From positions 62,001-126,000 of the forward strand of contig ADNK01000157.1 of assembly GCA_000320545.1 (NCBI GenBank): a stretch of 64,000 nt of DNA, read 5' to 3'. Below are positions 36,901-48,178 of the stretch, one piece after another. Under the pieces are notes generated by a model. It worked only from the letters and a program-made list of their open reading frames with translations. It was not told the DNA's origin and made no database searches. Within the stretch, counting starts at the first letter, position 1. Each line of letters begins with the position of its first letter. Origin of the DNA: Bigelowiella natans CCMP2755 (lineage: Eukaryota; Protista; Cercozoa). The position numbers and the translations under genes are program-made.

Positions 36901-38899
36901 TGCCGGGGTTCTTCTTCCGTAGCTCGGTAGGTGTAGGTAGCTTGTTGTCCGCTAGGTCCATAAACTCTAACGCATTAACGCTTGACTCAGAGGTCCACTC
37001 GTCAAGCCGTATCATGTTCTGGCTGATGGTCCTGCCTGACTTCTTTGGCAACTTAGCAAAGTATATCTTGTGATTGTAGAATGATATGATCCCCCCTAAT
37101 TTTTCTAGGGCATCCTGTCCGAGGAGTAGTTCCATGGATAAAGTCATGGCTACTCGGGTCTTGATTTGGGTCTCCGCGTCGCTGCCAGGTATCTGTAGCT
37201 TTAGCATTAGCTCACCGACGGTCTTCATGGAAGAGCTTCCGTCTGCTTGAGCATATTTACGTTCTTTCTTAGTCACTTGATCCAATAGTCCTAACCTTCT
37301 TACTGTGCTTAGGCTTATGAAGGACTTCGGCATGCTGCCACTATCCCAAAGGGCAGGTAGTTTCTTGTAGTCTCCGTAGCTGTCTTTAACTTTAACCTTG
37401 GTCATAGCAACTTTGATAGTCCTGTTAGCGTCTTCGTCATTAATGTTGCATACTCCTAAGTTCTTTATGTCGTCTAGGGTCATGGGCTTGTCTTGGTCCT
37501 GCGTTGCTGGTACTGCTGTCTTCGTCGGCGCCTGCTTAAGGTGATCTAATATTCCGTTTATCTGCTGCTGTATAGCATTGATACTGTTCTGCTTTTTGTT
37601 CTTATATTTATTGTTCTTCCCGTTGTTGCTGCCTTGCCATTTGCTGTTGTTATATCCTTGTCCTCTGCCTTTCTTTCTCTTTAACTTCTCGTAGTGTTCG
37701 TTGAGCTGCCTGATCGTCATCCTGGGTCGTCCTTCTTTCCTGTCTCTGCAGTCTTTAGCGGTGTGTTTCCCTTTACGTGAGCAGTATCCGCAACGTCGGT
37801 TACCTTCCCTGTCCTTGTACCAGTCTCGCTGCGGCTTAATAGCGTTAATGTTTCCTATGCCAGGTACCTTAGGGCTGGTAAACTTGCGGTCCTGCTCCTG
37901 CTCGCGTAGGGATATAGCCTGCACTGCTGCCTCCATCGTGGTGTAGCCTTTCTCCGTAACGTAAGTGGATTCCTTTATCTTTAACTTGAACTCTTCAAAC
38001 CTTGCCTGATCATCACCTGTGTTGTAATTAAAATCATGTAGTTCGTCGATCATATCCTGGAAGCGCGTGGCAAAGTCTCTAACAGGTTCTCTCTCATGCT
38101 GCATCATTGCTCTGTATTTTCTAATAGCCTGGGGTAGGGAGTTAGCATCCTGTTCATTTACAAAAGCCTTCATTATCGCCTCAACGTCTCGTAGCCCACT
38201 AACTGTAGTGTGTATTTTCTCTAGCTGCCTGATCCGGGTCCTGCCTGTCTCGTAAAGGTCCATGGCTTGCTTTATTATAGCTAGCCATTTGAGCTTGTCG
38301 TTTTCGGTGGGGTTAGGGGTAAAGTCGCAGAGTATACTCCTAGCGTTCTTCCACCACCTCCTTGCCTCACCTCTTTTCCCGTTGTATTTCGTTATCATAA
38401 CCGGTGCTGTTTTAACAGACATGAACTGGGTGTTCCGCTGTACCGGCTGCTGCTGCTTGACGGTGCTCTGGGTCGTCCCCCGCGAGGCGCCCAGACCCCC
38501 GTCGTTCCTAAACAAAGCTGCCCACTCTGGAGGTAAGTCTGCTTCGTAATCCATGATGTCCTGCATGATAGCTGCCCAAACATCATGTGTCTGATACTTG
38601 TATTCTATCGATACTTTCAGTTTGGCGTAGTTGCTCGCCCTGGGTCGCAAGGCTCGTAATGCCATTACGACCTTCTTGCTTTCGGCGGCCACGTCCTCGT
38701 CGTCCGCCTCGTAGAAGTTCTCCAGTGCCTCTGCTGCTGCATCTGCTTTCTTAATCCCGGGTGCTGGTCCCGGCGGTGCCTGTGGAGGTGTTCCTCCTCC
38801 TTCCTTAGCGTCCGTATCGCCCTTCCTTTCCTGTTTCTGCTCGTGCCCTTGCACGGCCTGCGAGCCAAAGTCCTGCTGTTCTTCTAGCTGCTGTGACAT
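33926..38899 (-). CDS. Single-ORF Gag-Pol polyprotein (1657 aa): Gag with CCHC knuckle, aspartic protease, reverse transcriptase, RNase H, integrase, C-terminal Dam-like domain
   Basis: CGYCSRKGKHTAKDC; ALWDSGS; SPWN, YSSLD, FPYGL, YVDD; LWTDWS, YSPTKGE, TDHKPL, LADYFSR; H..AH.G...YYWP...C.C; QID...HVDN...KVERLHRTL; GQYV...PFWGG SH3-like domain. Confidence 0.96.
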   Translation of the reverse strand: MSQQLEEQQDFGSQAVQGHEQKQERKGDTDAKEGGGTPPQAPPGPAPGIKKADAAAEALENFYEADDEDVAAESKKVVMALRALRPRASNYAKLKVSIEYKYQTHDVWAAIMQDIMDYEADLPPEWAALFRNDGGLGASRGTTQSTVKQQQPVQRNTQFMSVKTAPVMITKYNGKRGEARRWWKNARSILCDFTPNPTENDKLKWLAIIKQAMDLYETGRTRIRQLEKIHTTVSGLRDVEAIMKAFVNEQDANSLPQAIRKYRAMMQHEREPVRDFATRFQDMIDELHDFNYNTGDDQARFEEFKLKIKESTYVTEKGYTTMEAAVQAISLREQEQDRKFTSPKVPGIGNINAIKPQRDWYKDREGNRRCGYCSRKGKHTAKDCRDRKEGRPRMTIRQLNEHYEKLKRKKGRGQGYNNSKWQGSNNGKNNKYKNKKQNSINAIQQQINGILDHLKQAPTKTAVPATQDQDKPMTLDDIKNLGVCNINDEDANRTIKVAMTKVKVKDSYGDYKKLPALWDSGSMPKSFISLSTVRRLGLLDQVTKKERKYAQADGSSSMKTVGELMLKLQIPGSDAETQIKTRVAMTLSMELLLGQDALEKLGGIISFYNHKIYFAKLPKKSGRTISQNMIRLDEWTSESSVNALEFMDLADNKLPTPTELRKKNPGKTIRQITELLDKTPPADDWDIDKGKKYINKILNEKYSDITKPTTKPSSKLTPVKIELKKGYEECIINDPEHRRPEADWEKIEWQINEWAKEGKIEPSNSPWNVRHVLAKKPTYPFFRLAHNFIRHNRVIKRIQTPTPRIDDVIEHVIGYKYYSSLDKNESYMQTPIHKTSRPITAFSSRHRKWHFVVFPYGLSISGDAFSSQNYRAYTHDGMASVLWVFVFVYVDDDIICTNTVVAQIFLLENIFIRFAHFGFTIRLQKCTFLATRIKWCGYYLEQGRITPNPEKVAALQQAPKPKNAKELKSFLQTAAWILRRFSPTYARTAAAFTTAYRKENSVGLSFAKVWAKAGLDAHFDNLIKLCSNTLLNAKLDTTRPATLWTDWSKLGMAAVLTQDQQIIRVWGRACTAAEAKYSPTKGEYKAMTEAQRKLRYYLLSVPSFTLMTDHKPLLGIDRKLEAPNDEYAAMRADTEEFRDKRTVVYAPGDKQLADYFSRLFEKKVPTQVTPMVNAITFEDGDFLPEPEELQHLQEHLDKYKHKHEVLSDRIYVYTNNVRRTYVPRRTRGALLFTAHGPAHVGENHITALLYHYYWPYKLKEIRTYLRGCRCSSLKAAGVATKESSKSRASKKIKARNFLDIVQIDVYKYDGYHYLTFVDVATGKCWVKKIIKVNVAKKNKGLYKQRLTNCYRTWESELQAIPDEVSINKIPKKLHVDNETSLLQLPHPNIDASPVYYAQSNSKVERLHRTLANLSRINSTTPDKIQGLVNDTFTSGGGIKDKEREEGDDNDDDTESEDEKVPYDGRVLKEGQYVRAKVNLRSRNKQDPFWGGVAKVTERKGRKQYYIYDGNRVTLRHISHLKNYDIGEKLLEDVKVNPTVWERAMPCLGPRPKFDVEYGNNKVRVNDDWRMKIVYLGYPGLRNMERVAMKIKDGKYQLLYLAVPDLPFEHWYKVLGDLDAEGWYGHEPKDEGEFWVSDKGDKVREESITWWLVKFRKR

Positions 38900-38915
38900 T
38901 GTTAGTCAAATCGTT

Positions 38916-38933
38916 TCCCGTGTGTGGAAGCCA
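38916..38933 (-). promoter_or_regulatory. Primer-binding site TGGCTTCCACACACGGGA, 5 nt inside the 5' LTR
   Basis: Starts with TGG (complement of tRNA CCA); the complement reads like a tRNA 3' end. The tRNA species was not determined. Confidence 0.7.
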
Positions 38934-38938
38934 AAGGT

Positions 38939-39264
38939 TGTTGCGCGTAAGGTGTTCACAGGCCGAGGCGCTACGTGCACAAGTAGGCAGGGGGGGGGAA
39001 AGGCACGTTTGCTTCCTTTTGAAGAGTTGTGTTTATTTTTATTAAAGATTATATTTTTATTAAATCGTGCACTGCGTAATCATTCGCGAAGCTTTCGCGA
39101 ATGCCGCCGCACGTGGGGCAGCACACTTCCGGTGTGCTGCCATGAGTCCCGCCGGAACCCACGTGCCTATGCTGTATTAATATCTACGTTATCTATATTC
39201 TATATCCGCGACAACCCCTTTGTTGTCGCACGTGACTTGTGCCCGCGTAGTGGTACGCGCTACA
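38939..39264 (-). repeat. 5' LTR (326 bp)
   Basis: Direct repeat of 33549-33874, followed by the GATT duplication. Confidence 0.97.
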
Positions 39265-40252
39265 GATTTCCTCCAAGGAAAAGAAGATTTCGGCGCGGTC
39301 GCGCGCGTGATCGAGAAATGAAACGGCGGCAGAGATCAAGACGACGGAAGTCTGCTGCCACACAAGCATGCTGGCGTGCTGGCATGGGAAATCAGAGCAG
39401 GTTGCTTCTGTTCCCTGCGGCTCCATCTTCAGCCGGCTAGCCGGGCTAGGTGCACAGATTCATGACATCCCAAATGTGGCAGGATTCATGTTCGCCATGC
39501 TGACAGCATGAACCACTCCAGCACTGCTAGACTGGTTTCAACGACAACATCAATTGCAAAGCTGATGGAGCAACGTGGTTGGGCAAGACAAAAGTTGTCC
39601 ATGCTGGCATGCTGGCACACTGGCATGGCTAGATGGGTTCATTGTGTAATTGTGCTCCGAATGAATGTGCAGTTGTGGTCAGAAGTGTGGTAGATGTGAA
39701 GTAACAGAAGTGATGAAGATGGTTCGAATCGGATTTGGTGTTCAATGGAAGTGAGATGACAACAGCAAATCTAACAAAGTCCCGCTGACTGCACTACGCA
39801 GCGCTCTAGAGCTGACTAGCTGACATCATTCATCACTGCTGCATGAAATACGCCAGTGCGCATCTCAAGCTAGCAAGACCAGTCTAGACTGGCGGTGATT
39901 GTCATCGTGATGCGTAGCTACTTGCAGTTGTGTTTGAGGCATGCATGCATGCACTTTTGCAGTGGAACAAAGCTAGCCAACAAGCACACCATGTCCCATG
40001 CACGCACATCTGAACAACATGTGTAGCTCATCTCCCGTTGTGATGCAGGCGCATGCTGCTATGAATAACGAGTGAACGTGCATGTTTGCGGAGGACCTAC
40101 AATGGTTCTCCAACCGTCGCAACACAACACTACACGGATGAAATTGCAATTTGGTGGTAAACACAGGGAAACACAGAGAAGTTCAGCCGTGCAACTTTCG
40201 CGGTCATTCGAGTAGAGGAGGACAGCTTGTCTTTCGGGGTTGAAAGTACAGA

Positions 40253-43171
40253 TTATCCATGGTAAGAATCTGTCAAAATTTGTTTCAATTCTGAAACGAG
40301 CGGAAATCTAGGGTTAGCTGGGGTGCACTGATCATCGAAAGCAGCAAGGGCCATGTCATCGATTTGCTCGAAGTAAGCTTTCTCGTTAACTCCACACTTC
40401 TCAAATGTGCGCGGCATCTCTAGGTTATCCATGAGTCCGAGGATGGCCTGGCAGTATGCTTCGCATAGCTCATCGTCGGTCTTTCCCTTCAGGCCCAGGT
40501 GCGTAGCAATTGCAGCATAGCGCTGTTTTGCAATAGGGTGGTCATATCCGGGATAGATTCCCATTCGAGTCGGTCTCTCGGATGCGTTGAACCGAATCAC
40601 ATAAGGCATAAGAACGGCATTCGTTAGTCCATGAGGCAGGTGGAACACCGCACCGACTTTATGCGAGAGGCTGTGAGTGATGCCAAGGTAGGAATTGGAG
40701 AATGCAAGACCAGCCAAAGTAGCTGCGTGATGCACCATCTCACGGGCTTGTGGATCCCCAGTATGGTATGAGTTGGGAAGGTGTTGAAACAAAAGATTGA
40801 TGGCTGTGAGGGAGTGACTCTCTGTGAACTCGTTGGCTGCTACGGACACGAATGCTTCTGTGGCGTGCGTGATGGCATCAACACCGGCGTGCGCGATGAG
40901 GCTCTTGGGAAGCTTGTCGCAGAAAGATGAATCAATGATAGCAATATCAGGAGTCAACTCGTAGTCGAAGAGGGGGTGCTTCATGCCCATATCGTCCGTG
41001 ATGACGGAGAAAGGTGTCACCTCAGACGCCGTTCCAGAAGTGGTGGGAATGCATACGAGCTTGCGGATCTTCGAGCCGAGTTTGGGAAAATGCTTCGTTC
41101 TCTTGCGAATCTCGATAAACCGTGAAGCTGCATCCTCAAGATGGAGTTCTGGGTGCTCGTAGGACACACGGATGTACTTCCCAGCGTCCATAGGAGAGCC
41201 ACCCCCAAGGCAGACCATGAGATCAGGTCTGAATGCCTCACACGCCTTGACCCCCTTCCTCACGGTCATTATATCGGGGTCTGGATGCACATCATCGAAC
41301 ACGGAAACTACAAAGCCCTTGTCCTTGAGACATCTCTTGACGCGCTCGACGTACCCGAGGCTTCCCATAACCTCGTCCGTGATGATAATGGCACGCTGGT
41401 CCTTTGTTCCGTCAGCATATTTGTTGGAGACATCTCTGAGGGCATCCTCGAGGCAATTACGATTGAAGTAGATTTGCGGGGGGTTCTTGAACCACTCAGT
41501 GTGCTCTTGGCGTGTCGCCACGGTGCGCACGTTGAGTAGGTGCATGGGTCCCACGTTATCGGAGACGGAGGACCCTGCCTTCGTGCCTACACCCAGCGTG
41601 AGACTGAAATCGATGTTGAAGTTAAAGGCAGTTCCGATCGCAGCAAGGGAGGTGGGGACGTTGTTGAGGATACGACCAGCAGGGATCTTCTGCGCATACT
41701 CCTCAAGTCGCTCTTGGCTCCTGCTGTAAATCCCGGCAGTGTGACCGATTCCATCGTACTCAGTCAGCTCTTTGCATAGCTTGACCCCTTCTTTAAAGTC
41801 AGACGCCTTGTAAAGAGCTAAGACAGGGCAGAGTTTTTCATGGGAGAACGGCTCCTGAGGCCCCACATTGGATGCTTCTGCTCCAAGCACTACTGTCCCA
41901 TAGGGTACCTCCACATTAATACGACGAGCAATCTCCTGAGCTGACTGCCCAACAATGTCAGCATTCACTCTTCCATTCACAATTAAAAATTTGCCAAGTG
42001 CATCTCTCTCCTTACCCTCCAAGAATGTTACACCGCGACGGATCAGCATTTCCTTGAACTGATCATACACAGACTCCACGCACACCACTGACTGCTCAGC
42101 GGCACAGATCATACCGTTGTCGAATGTTTTGCCGAGCACAATGGAACCGCAAGCCTCTTCAAGATTTGCAGTCTCGTCGACAAGGATAGGTGCGTTTCCA
42201 GAACCTACACCAAGTGCAGGTTTTCCAGTGCTGTACGATGCTTTTACCATACCTGGGCCTCCAGTGGCCATTATAATGTTGACGTTGTCGTGGTGCATTA
42301 CGAAATCGGAAACTTCCCTATTCACCTCATCAACGCATTCCAAGAATCCCTTTGGGGCACCTGCAGCTACGCCTGCATCATGGCATACTTTCACAGCAGC
42401 TGCGGTACTCTCAAGTGCGCGGGGATGCGGAAGAAAGATGGCGCCGTTACGGGTTTTGGCGCAGAAGAGGCTCTTTGCAATCGCAGTACTTGTTGGGTCT
42501 ATTGGAACATACATTATAAGTGTGAAGTACTTAGGCTAGCCTCTACGAAATATATAATGGCCTTACTTGTGGTCGGGGTGATGCAACAGACGACGCCGAC
42601 TGGATTCGCAATTTTGAGAAGTCCGTGCACAGACTCCCTCTCGATGATTCCACAAGTCTTTGTATCTCTGTATCTATCGAGAAGCAATTCACATGCAATA
42701 CCATTCTTGATAACTTTATCCTCCATGAGACCCATTCCTGTCTCCTCATGAGCAATTTGCGCTAGAGGAACACGCTAAAACAAAAACTTGTTATGAAGTT
42801 TATGAAGGCAGGAAGGCAGGAAATACTGTCTTGCTAGAACGGAGCACACACAATTTATAGGACATCTGTCCTACCTGTTTGTTGGCTTCATGTGCGATTC
42901 TGAGGTCATAAAATAAAAAGCATAACATATTTTATATAAATATCAGCTCATATCTATATCAAACAACCATTTTCTTCGTACTAAAATATATTCATGCACC
43001 GTACCTCGTGAAAATGTAGTCAACTCGCTCCTGGCTGAAAGTAGCGAAGATCTCGCTAGCCCTTTTGACTCTTTCAAGCTTGTCCTCTGTTGAGGTTGAA
43101 ATGTATCTGAATGAAGCGATACGATGGGTGCGTCGAAATGTCCCCCGGAGGCATTTGGCACTTAAAAGCAT
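40253..43171 (-). CDS. adhE: Bifunctional acetaldehyde-CoA / iron-alcohol dehydrogenase with mitochondrial-type presequence
   Basis: MLLSAKCLRGTFRRTHRIASFRYIST leader; EETGMG..EDKVIKN, PTTNPTST, ATGGPGMVKASYS.GKPALGVG.GN, KTFDNG.IC..EQ, HEKL.PVL; GGGSPMDAGK, IPTTSGTASEVT, DAITHATEA, GITHSLSH, PHGLTNA, DQCTPANPR; three small 5' introns then a long terminal exon. Confidence 0.96.
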
Positions 43172-44958
43172 TTTCCTTGTTCTGAAACCTAATCGTACGC
43201 AACAAATGCAAATATCGAAGTTTTCACATCTTGAAGTGCTCAAAGCAGTAGTACCTACTGTTGGGACTCTTCTTCTTTTAATTCAATCTTGGAATCTAAT
43301 CTCGGGAGTGGCAGAGAGGGGGGTGGGAATGATGGTCAGATACCTTGAGTTTACTTCGAATCCTTTTGAAGAGTATCCGAAGCAGATCTCCGGGGAATGT
43401 GGCACACATTTCCTCTGGGTTTCCGGGAGGTTGTGTCAAAATTAGATTGTTTCCCGATGCCGTTTTGGGAAAGCGACATCGATTCGCTACCCTTTCAGAT
43501 GACCATTCGAAGTCTCTGGTGGTAATTTTGGGTAAAAATTGGCAGATAGAAGAAAAGGTGGGTACCATCACAAGCACTTGATGTTGTGATGATCAACTTG
43601 GCATTTCCGCATTTTTTGAAGATATCTCGAGATATCCCAAGTCGCAAGCCGGTTCTGGGGACAAATCGTTCCCGTTTCCGTAGCGTGACTTCGCGGAGGT
43701 TGGCGTCGTAGTTGCTGAAGACCAGGGCTGAAAAGTATTCGTTTTTTTTGGTCTTTGTCCAAGAGCGACTGGAAGATTTCAATCATTTTGTCTCCAATTC
43801 AGTGTTTCTGTCTTTTTTTTCAATTCGCGGCCCAGTCGCTGCCGGCTTGATTGACATGGATGAGTCATGCATGTCTGATGATGCCTTTCGATTCAAGCAT
43901 TGAAAGCACTTCATGCATTCATTCCACTCTGTGAAAGGGCACAAAGGAATCACCATGAAATTTGAGGCGAGCATTCTAGCATTGCTAGCTGTTTCTAGAG
44001 CTATGTTGGGAAGCAAATCCAGAAGGACGTTCACGTGAAGTGAACTTTCGCCCACCCCACTTTGCCCACTTTCCCAAAGTGGGAGAGCTTCCAAAAATGA
44101 GAAATCCCTGGCGGAGTCTTTTCGTGCTCACTCTGTCTAGCCGTGCTAGCGTGCTCTATCGCACATGCCGGTGCGTTGTTGCCCAACCTGCTGGCAATTC
44201 CAGAATTGCCGTTCTTGTGTTGGAAGGTGCGTCTGTCATTGCACGTTCTAGCGTTGCTGCTTTGACAACCAAGCTGAGCAAGCGAACAATCTTGTCACGG
44301 CTGTACCACAACAAAAGCGGTTCTCAGAACAGGACATGCATGCTAGCATGCAATCGCGGCTTGCCAACTCCAGAACTGCTGCCTCGATCGTGATCTGCCA
44401 TGTGGCCACAGCTAGACAGGCCTGTGCTAGCTAGCTGTGGTTGGCATGCTGGCATGATGTACTAGCTAGAGTAGCTAGCTTCTGGCTTGCAAGCAAGGTG
44501 ACTCAATAAAGGACTAGAGGGGCGTTATGTTATCTGCAGCGACAGCGTGACATTTCAGCAGCGTTTGCACTAGTGCATGGTGTGTTCATGCACGTACACC
44601 CAAAAATGTTCATTGGGTGTGCGCTGAGTCTGCCTAACCTAGCAACCAGGGACCAAGCTCTATAGCACAGCTAGACTATGAGACAGATGCGAGCGCGCGC
44701 GTCCAGTCCATGCACTGAGACACATGTACAGCATCTAGGATGTAAGCTCACTAGCTCAAGAATATGTACACGTAGACATTGAATCGGGACAACGCAATGA
44801 TGTGCATGGTTGCTGCATCGCCTTGCGTGTATGTTCAAACAAATGTCTCTATCAAAACATTGTTATTGGTATTATCTTTAAATTGCTAGTGTTGAACGCA
44901 TTGTTTGGTCCGGTATTTGATGCATCGACCTATTCTATTACATGTGTATTGTTAAAGT

Positions 44959-45486
44959 TTAAAGTAACCCATAATGGTAAGCTAGAAAGATGACAACAAG
45001 AAACAGTAGTAAAAGTCCTAGAAACCAACATTTCTTCATGGTATCAGCTGCTTGTCTCTTCTCCGCCTTTATTGTGCATGAACGTAGAATTAGTATCAAT
45101 ACAAACTAACAACTCAAAGCACAAAGAAATCAAGAACATTTTATCTCGACGAAGTGTTTATTGTTACCTTAATGAGCTCCGATTTGGCGTCTTCCACCTT
45201 TGTTCGCGCCCCAGCTACATAATTGTCGATCGCCTCAATCGATGGCGCTTGTTCCTTTGTTAGATCCTGGAGGAAAAAAAAGCAAAGAATAAAACAATGG
45301 TATATAGATCAACAAGTGCGTATGCAGGGAATAGGCACGCAGGAACACGTGAATATGGAAAGGGTTGGAGACCAGAATGTCCGTGAAGACATGCGAAAGC
45401 TCTACCACATCTGCCTCCACTTTGCGGATCTGTGCATTTCTGTAATATGTACATCGATAAGTATATGTTTACATATTTATATATTG

Positions 45487-45527
<41 letters not shown>

Positions 45528-46914
45528 ACATATGTAAATATATTGAATTTGTGTGTGTGTGTGTGTGCGTGTGTGCGTATATATATATGTACATATATAA
45601 AAGTACGTGTAAAAACAGTATCATGTTTCTATATGGGGGCGGTGGAGTGGTCAGAAGTATTTTACATCTCATCAATAGGAACCCTCTAATATGTTCACAC
45701 AGTGAAAACTATGCCACAGCACTACTACCTATCGTGTATGCTTTCTGGGTCATGGGTCGCAAGAACTTGAATTTGTACATCTTGTTGCTGAAAATTTTGA
45801 AGATTATTATCATCTGTGCACTGATGTACAATTGAAACCGCCATCGGGCCTATCCTCCTATTAATAGCATTCTACACACCTGATATGACGATGACCGCAA
45901 TCCTGATCTTCCACTGTTGTACAAACAAAACAATATTGAATATTTTATACAGATCAAGAGAGCGTCACGTGTAAGCGTCATTGCAGTGTTTCATGCAATC
46001 CGTGTTACCTCCGGGCTTTAGACTCTGAATAGAAATAGCGAAAAAAACAAACAGTGAGGCGGAAAATTCTACAAGTGAGCTACAAAAAAGTGAAAAATCG
46101 CGACGGAACATTAGAAAAATAGCGCAGATAAGTGAGCTACTACCTCTTTTGTGCGGGAATCTGTTACACTTGCCATCTATCTCCTCCGTAACCTCCATGA
46201 ACTCTTGCATATCTGCCGTGAGAATGTGATTGATAGAGGGAAGATTTTGATAGAAAATCATAATTGAAATGGCAGTGGTGAATTGGGCGGTGAGGAAAAT
46301 TGGTTTCGAACACAGGCCTTCTACTCACACCTTTATGTTTTCACAGGGGACGTCGTCCACGATAACACGCGCTTTATAAATATGTGTACCTTGAGAGTAA
46401 CGGTCCCTAAGCTGCACCATGACGTCACTCTTAGTGTTGGCCTTGTTAAACATCTGGCTTAGAGTTCGGAAGACTCGCATTGTTTTCTCCCGCATCTGCT
46501 CTATTTTCCTCCGGAACCTTGGGTTGTCCGATGACGTACCAATTTGCTTGGACTGCGGAGAGATGAGTGAGTGAATAAGTGCTTATTAAATTCATGATTC
46601 TCTCGCCCAGGATCCTACTTTCTTCCCACCCTTAACCTGCAGCGATGATACCTGCGCCTTAAGCTTCGCTGTTAGCGTTCCCATCAACTCCAAGTTGTTG
46701 TTGATGTCATTCTCAAACTGATGCGTGCGCGCGCGCACACACACACACATAAACGCACACAAATTCAGTCTTTCTCTTCTTAAAATATTTTCTTTCACTC
46801 AATATCTATTTGTAACTCAGCATCGCTTTTTCAGCAATTCCTCCCATTACTTCTGCGGCATGGGTAGAAACCTACCTGTGTCATATGGTGGACGAGCGGC
46901 GTTCGCTCGTTCAT
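44959..46914 (-). CDS. Endosomal/vacuolar Qa-SNARE (syntaxin-7/12/Vam3-like), multi-exon
   Basis: MNERTPLV start; Habc KQIGTSSDNPRFRRKI; SNARE helix IRKVEADVVELSHVFTDI|DLTKEQAPSIEAIDN...KVEDAKSELIK|AEKRQ; C-terminal TM CWFLGLLLLFLVVIFLAY. Confidence 0.85.
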
Positions 46915-48178
46915 GCTAGGCTTTATTGTTTTCCGCAGTTTTTGATGGTCCTACAAACGAGAAAATATTGTACTAAGCATCTGCACCGTTGATTCTAGCC
47001 GTTTATATTCGTTCGTTTAATTTGTTCGAATCCAGAAAATTCTATTAGTACTCCGGGATCCTACTTCGCATATGTTATATGATATTCTCAGCAGTATCTT
47101 TCATTGTAATTGTTTCCGCTTCCGAATCCACTAAAACTCTGTACTGGGGAAGGCAGTCGGTTGCAGCGATGGGTACCTCCTTCAGAACGACGCCATTAAA
47201 ATGAGCTGCAGGTAGACTCCTAGGATTCTCTTAAATGAAGTTAGACACTCTCTGTTAGCCTGTCTCAATTTGAAATTGGCATGTATTTTGCAAAAAACGA
47301 TCGTGTTAGCGAAGACACGGGTGAATGGCCGGATTTGCTGTCAGAATGACGACAGACGGGAATTCCGATATTTTTCTGGCAAAATTGTGGGCAGTTTGCC
47401 GCAATTCCGGATCACAGGCCCCAACAGCACAGAAGACCAGTCCTATTAACTCCCTGTGACAACAATTATTGGTTGTCTGCATGAGTTTTAGCCCTTCTTT
47501 TCGGGCGGTAGCCTATTTCGACTTTGGAGGGATCCTGCTGAAAGCGATGGCTGCCTGCCTTTTCAAAATAAGAATTCTTGCACCGACAGCGAATAGGCTT
47601 GCATTTTAAGAATAAAGACAACTTTTTCCGGTTGACGCAATCCATTAACAGAGTACAATTTTAGGATCCTTTCGAAGCTGCTCTAGGGTTATTGGTTTGG
47701 TCCTAGCGAAGAAGACTGAAAGTCCCGTCTCATAGCCAGATTCTGCAGACCATAAAGGTGCCACGCCCCTCCTCCCTCAGGGAATGTATTAGAGCTTTAG
47801 AAAGAAAGAATGTGGGGATTTCGTATGGACATGGTTGCAGGCTTAGATTTGTGCAGGGTTGTGGGGGGGTTTGCCCTCGAGAGATATTTGCATCATAGAT
47901 TGGAGTAAGAAATAGCGTCATTCGCATCTCTACGGTTGAGAAAGATCTTAGACCAGCATGAGATATTCGAGGCCATTGTGGGGGATTGTGGTTTGTACCC
48001 TGCAATTTTCTGGAAAAAATGTTTTTCGAGAGTAACCAACTCTGCAGGCTGACATCATTCCCAGAATCTGCAAAGCATTCACCACCCTTTCATGTGTTCG
48101 TGTGTACCTCAGTGGCAAAGGTCGGAAGGACATTGTATCTCGGTACCCCCTCCTCTTCGGTGCCGTTGGTAGACCAAC

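Larger units (their letters stand above)
33549..39264 (-). mobile_element. Complete Ty3/Gypsy LTR retrotransposon, recent insertion
   Basis: Two 326-bp TG...CA LTRs that read as identical, 4-bp target duplication GATT (33545-33548 and 39265-39268), PBS, PPT and an intact PR-RT-RH-INT ORF. Confidence 0.97.

Noticed and set aside
43783-44400. Possible decayed coding or transposon relic upstream of adhE (similar stretches at 11560-11960 and 39300-40150)
   Set aside because: No identifiable protein motif, terminal repeat or target duplication; recorded only as a compositional island.
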